From a virus (taxonomy: Duplodnaviria; Caudoviricetes): a DNA stretch of 26,883 bases. Under the pieces are notes generated by a model. It ran no database searches, had not been told where the DNA came from, and saw only the letters and a list, made by a program, of their open reading frames with translations. The stretch is from the IMG/VR virus record IMGVR_UViG_3300033076_000085, positions 1 to 26,883 of that record. The stretch is one strand, 5' to 3'. How positions within the stretch are numbered: position 1 is the stretch's first letter; each line of letters opens with the position of its first letter. Positions 24,193 to 26,883 of this stretch are shown piece by piece. The translations under genes were made by a program, and so were the position numbers.

Positions 24193-26883
24193 TCACGAAA
24201 ACTCATAACTTGGTTCGCTCTTATCTGCGTTTTGGCAGATTCTAGCATGATGTGTTATCTCGTAGTTTGTAGCATAGTTCTCACGAGTATAGACAGTCTC
24301 ATTTTGTTGAGTATTTATAGGGTAACCATAGCCACCCGCCCCTATGCACCATGTCTGCACCATATTGTATGTGAAGAAGCGGTGTCCTGCTGGGAACTCA
24401 AATGTAGAGAATACTGGGCGACTGTTAGGTGGTTCAATACTGCATGAATCACTAGTTGGCAATGGATTGCCAGCATCGTCCCAGTTGATATACGCAACAA
24501 CTTGTGCTGGTGTTACGGCGCGATAGTAAACTCTCTTGCCGTTGTATATTGGGTTAGTTGAGTTAATTGTAAACGAGCCACCTGTCATTGGGTGAATGTT
24601 TGGATTAACACTTGTGCCATGCTTTGGAATGATTAAAGTAGGCATGTCAGCACCATAGCAATCGCTGTGATATGTGTTACCACCTGTGATGTATTTTGGT
24701 GTTACTGGATATGTTCCAGGAGCACGCTTTTGCTTTGTAGGCATGACTTTTGTAACACGGCAATCATCCATGCGGTATGTGTTAGTTGCTGATATCTCAC
24801 CAAAGTCAACTGCTTTGCCAGTGTTGAAGTCATTGCTTTCTTCTGTGACACTTGCATCAGCAGTAATTTTGATTGTGTTAGTATCTGGAAATGCTTCAAT
24901 AACAATACCAGCACCATGTGTGAATGTTACATTGCTATCGCTTGTTGCATCTACAACATCTGTGCCAACTGTGAATGTCTTAAATGCATCAGTAACACTT
25001 GAACTAATTGTGATTGTGCCAGCATCCGCTTCAGCAGTAATTTCAACACCATCACCAGCAACGAATGTGATTGTATCATTGTTGTATGGAGTTTGAATTA
25101 CATCGCCAACTTGAATTAACTTGAAATTGCCTGCGGCATTTTTCATGTCTTGGACTGCACTACTTGGAATGCCAAACAAGTCACCTAACTCACTGTCGCC
25201 AATGGCTTTCATGATTTCAGGATACAATGCTTGATATGCAAAGTATGCAATAGCACCCATTGCAAGTGGGCCAATTAAATCAGAAAGTCCACCACTAACT
25301 TGTGTGCTTGCTGTAACTGCATCAGTTGTTTGAACTGGTGCCCATGTTAAACTTGTTGTTGCTGAGAATGAGCCAAATGCGGTTGCATTGCCACCGCGAA
25401 CTTTAAACAAGTAATCACCAGCACTTAGGCCACTTGCACGGAATGTTAGTGCGTCATCTTCATTGTATGGTGAGCCATTACTGTTGCGTCTTGTGCCCAA
25501 CAACTTATAACTTGTGCCAGCATCATTACTATACCAGTATTCAAGGCGGTCAACAATACCACTTGGAACTAAGCCAGTGACATCAATTGCTGGAACTGCA
25601 ACATTGTTTAGTAATGCAAGTGTAGGAGGTTCTGGAGTGCCAATTGCGCCAATGCTTGGGATACCAATTGCTTCACTTGGAGTTCTTGGTCTGCGTGGGA
25701 AGCCACCAGCAGTATACATTGTGCTGTCATATTCTTGTGCTGTGATTTCAAGTGCTAGACCGCCGTCCTCACCTTCAATTTCACGCACACGAACAACACG
25801 ATATGGCTTATCAGTCCAGCCATATACACTACTAGTGATAGTAATTACATCGCCCGCTTCAGTGTTAATCTTGCTGTAATCAGTTGTGAATGTTACAACT
25901 TGATCCATACGGTTTTGATACAACTCTAAGTAACCAAGTTCACGAGCCTGTAGTGGTTCATTAAGCAAGTCATAGCGTAACTTTAGAATGTTATCTGGTT
26001 CATTGCTATTGCGATATTCAGTAGGCAAGTCAATGCGGATTGTATCCATCTGATCACGCAATTCACGATGTGGAAATTCAACTTCAACTGCATTATACAT
26101 GCTGTCTAAGTTTGTGCCAGTCAAGTCAATACCAGAAATGATATTGCTGTCATCAAAGTGTAGCACAGGGCTTTGGTCTTTGTTGATTGTAACACCCCAA
26201 AGGCCAGTGCCAATGTCATAGTTCACAAAGCAACCAGCATTGCTTGCTAACTTCTGCAAGTTAGTCATTACTTTATCACTTGGATTGATTACACCGTTGA
26301 TTTGATAACGATTGCTTAATGTCTTTGTTGCACCATCACTTTCGTCATAGTAACTGACAGTGTCATCTGCATAGTTGTTGAGTGCAATTAAACTGGCTGT
26401 ATCAATTTGTGTTGAGCCAAAGCCAGCACCTGACAATGTGTTGCGTAGATATGAGTAAATTGCATCACCAGGCTTATACAAGTTGTTGCTGACTTTGAAC
26501 TGTAATGTGCCAAGGCCAGTAATGTTCTTGTCTCTGTTGTAGGAAATCTTAACAAGTGCAAATGTCAAATTGGCCATGCGGTGGTCATTAGTCCACTCAG
26601 GCATCAATGTTCGTGCATCACCAGGAACACTTGGCAATGTTGTCAAGTAGTCGCCTAAGTCACTTGGTAATGTTGGTGTGTATGAGCCATTGCTATACAA
26701 GTAGATCTTAACTAAGTCTCTTGGACTTGTGTCTACAACACCATCTTGGTTTACTAGATAGTCAACTGTGATACCATCTGCTTTAAAGTAAACACGCTGA
26801 TTGTTCCAATACACTTCATCAAAACTTGTTGTGATAGCGGCACTGTCACTTAGACGAGTTCCATAGTTAGGAACTTCTGCTAC
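24193..26883 (-). CDS. Tail-tip / central fibre protein (lambda J-like), C-terminal 896 aa; 990 aa in total with 1..282
   Basis: Frame is open from base 26883. RYQINGV, FDDSNI, YNAVEVEF, EAGDVITIT…YRVVRV…ITAQEYD motifs, then an FN3-like domain and a distinct C-terminus. Confidence 0.9.
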   Translation of the reverse strand, partial: VAEVPNYGTRLSDSAAITTSFDEVYWNNQRVYFKADGITVDYLVNQDGVVDTSPRDLVKIYLYSNGSYTPTLPSDLGDYLTTLPSVPGDARTLMPEWTNDHRMANLTFALVKISYNRDKNITGLGTLQFKVSNNLYKPGDAIYSYLRNTLSGAGFGSTQIDTASLIALNNYADDTVSYYDESDGATKTLSNRYQINGVINPSDKVMTNLQKLASNAGCFVNYDIGTGLWGVTINKDQSPVLHFDDSNIISGIDLTGTNLDSMYNAVEVEFPHRELRDQMDTIRIDLPTEYRNSNEPDNILKLRYDLLNEPLQARELGYLELYQNRMDQVVTFTTDYSKINTEAGDVITITSSVYGWTDKPYRVVRVREIEGEDGGLALEITAQEYDSTMYTAGGFPRRPRTPSEAIGIPSIGAIGTPEPPTLALLNNVAVPAIDVTGLVPSGIVDRLEYWYSNDAGTSYKLLGTRRNSNGSPYNEDDALTFRASGLSAGDYLFKVRGGNATAFGSFSATTSLTWAPVQTTDAVTASTQVSGGLSDLIGPLAMGAIAYFAYQALYPEIMKAIGDSELGDLFGIPSSAVQDMKNAAGNFKLIQVGDVIQTPYNNDTITFVAGDGVEITAEADAGTITISSSVTDAFKTFTVGTDVVDATSDSNVTFTHGAGIVIEAFPDTNTIKITADASVTEESNDFNTGKAVDFGEISATNTYRMDDCRVTKVMPTKQKRAPGTYPVTPKYITGGNTYHSDCYGADMPTLIIPKHGTSVNPNIHPMTGGSFTINSTNPIYNGKRVYYRAVTPAQVVAYINWDDAGNPLPTSDSCSIEPPNSRPVFSTFEFPAGHRFFTYNMVQTWCIGAGGYGYPINTQQNETVYTRENYATNYEITHHARICQNADKSEPSYEFS
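24312..24319 (-). promoter_or_regulatory. TATAAATA (exact T4 late consensus) about 157 nt upstream of fibre 1
   Basis: Inside the 3' end of the tail-tip CDS; could be chance. Confidence 0.4.

Noticed and set aside
104-25879. Numerous plus-strand ORFs in the track (e.g. 4432..4797, 11287..11787, 21118..21723)
   Set aside because: They are antisense shadows of well-supported minus-strand genes with no recognisable motifs.
1-26883. Integrase/attP, repressor-cro switch, or alternative genetic code
   Set aside because: No recombinase motifs and no divergent repressor pair were seen. Coding density is high under the standard code and TAA, TGA and TAG all act as stops.

Overview
The window looks like a complete, circularly permuted 26,883-bp genome of a small long-tailed (siphovirus-type) dsDNA phage. 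The tail-tip gene starting at 282 (minus strand) runs off base 1 and resumes in frame at base 26883 (…TMWYCLT|VAEVPNYG…). All credible genes are on the minus strand. Late/structural order: terS, small ORF, terL, portal, scaffold, major capsid, neck proteins, tail tube, G/GT chaperones with a lambda-type GGGAAAG slip site, tape measure, Dit, hub, GNAT acetyltransferase, tail tip, two fibres, holin-like genes. A small non-structural block encodes an HTH protein, an AEP-like primase, a DUF3987-type P-loop helicase with an iteron-rich origin directly behind it, a second TerS-like gene and a lipoprotein. I recognise no integrase, DNA polymerase, sigma factor/RNA polymerase or endolysin. The most striking signal is a TAAATA motif, the core of T4-type gp55-dependent late promoters, in most of the longer intergenic gaps upstream of late genes, although no gp55-like gene is visible. 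Together with several genes resembling those of large T4-like phages, this suggests (inference) a virion-encoding satellite or hitchhiker that borrows late transcription, and perhaps replication and lysis, from a large helper phage. Three structured non-coding RNA candidates with anti-Shine-Dalgarno-like segments are also present. Family assignments come from motif recognition and synteny by eye, not database searches.
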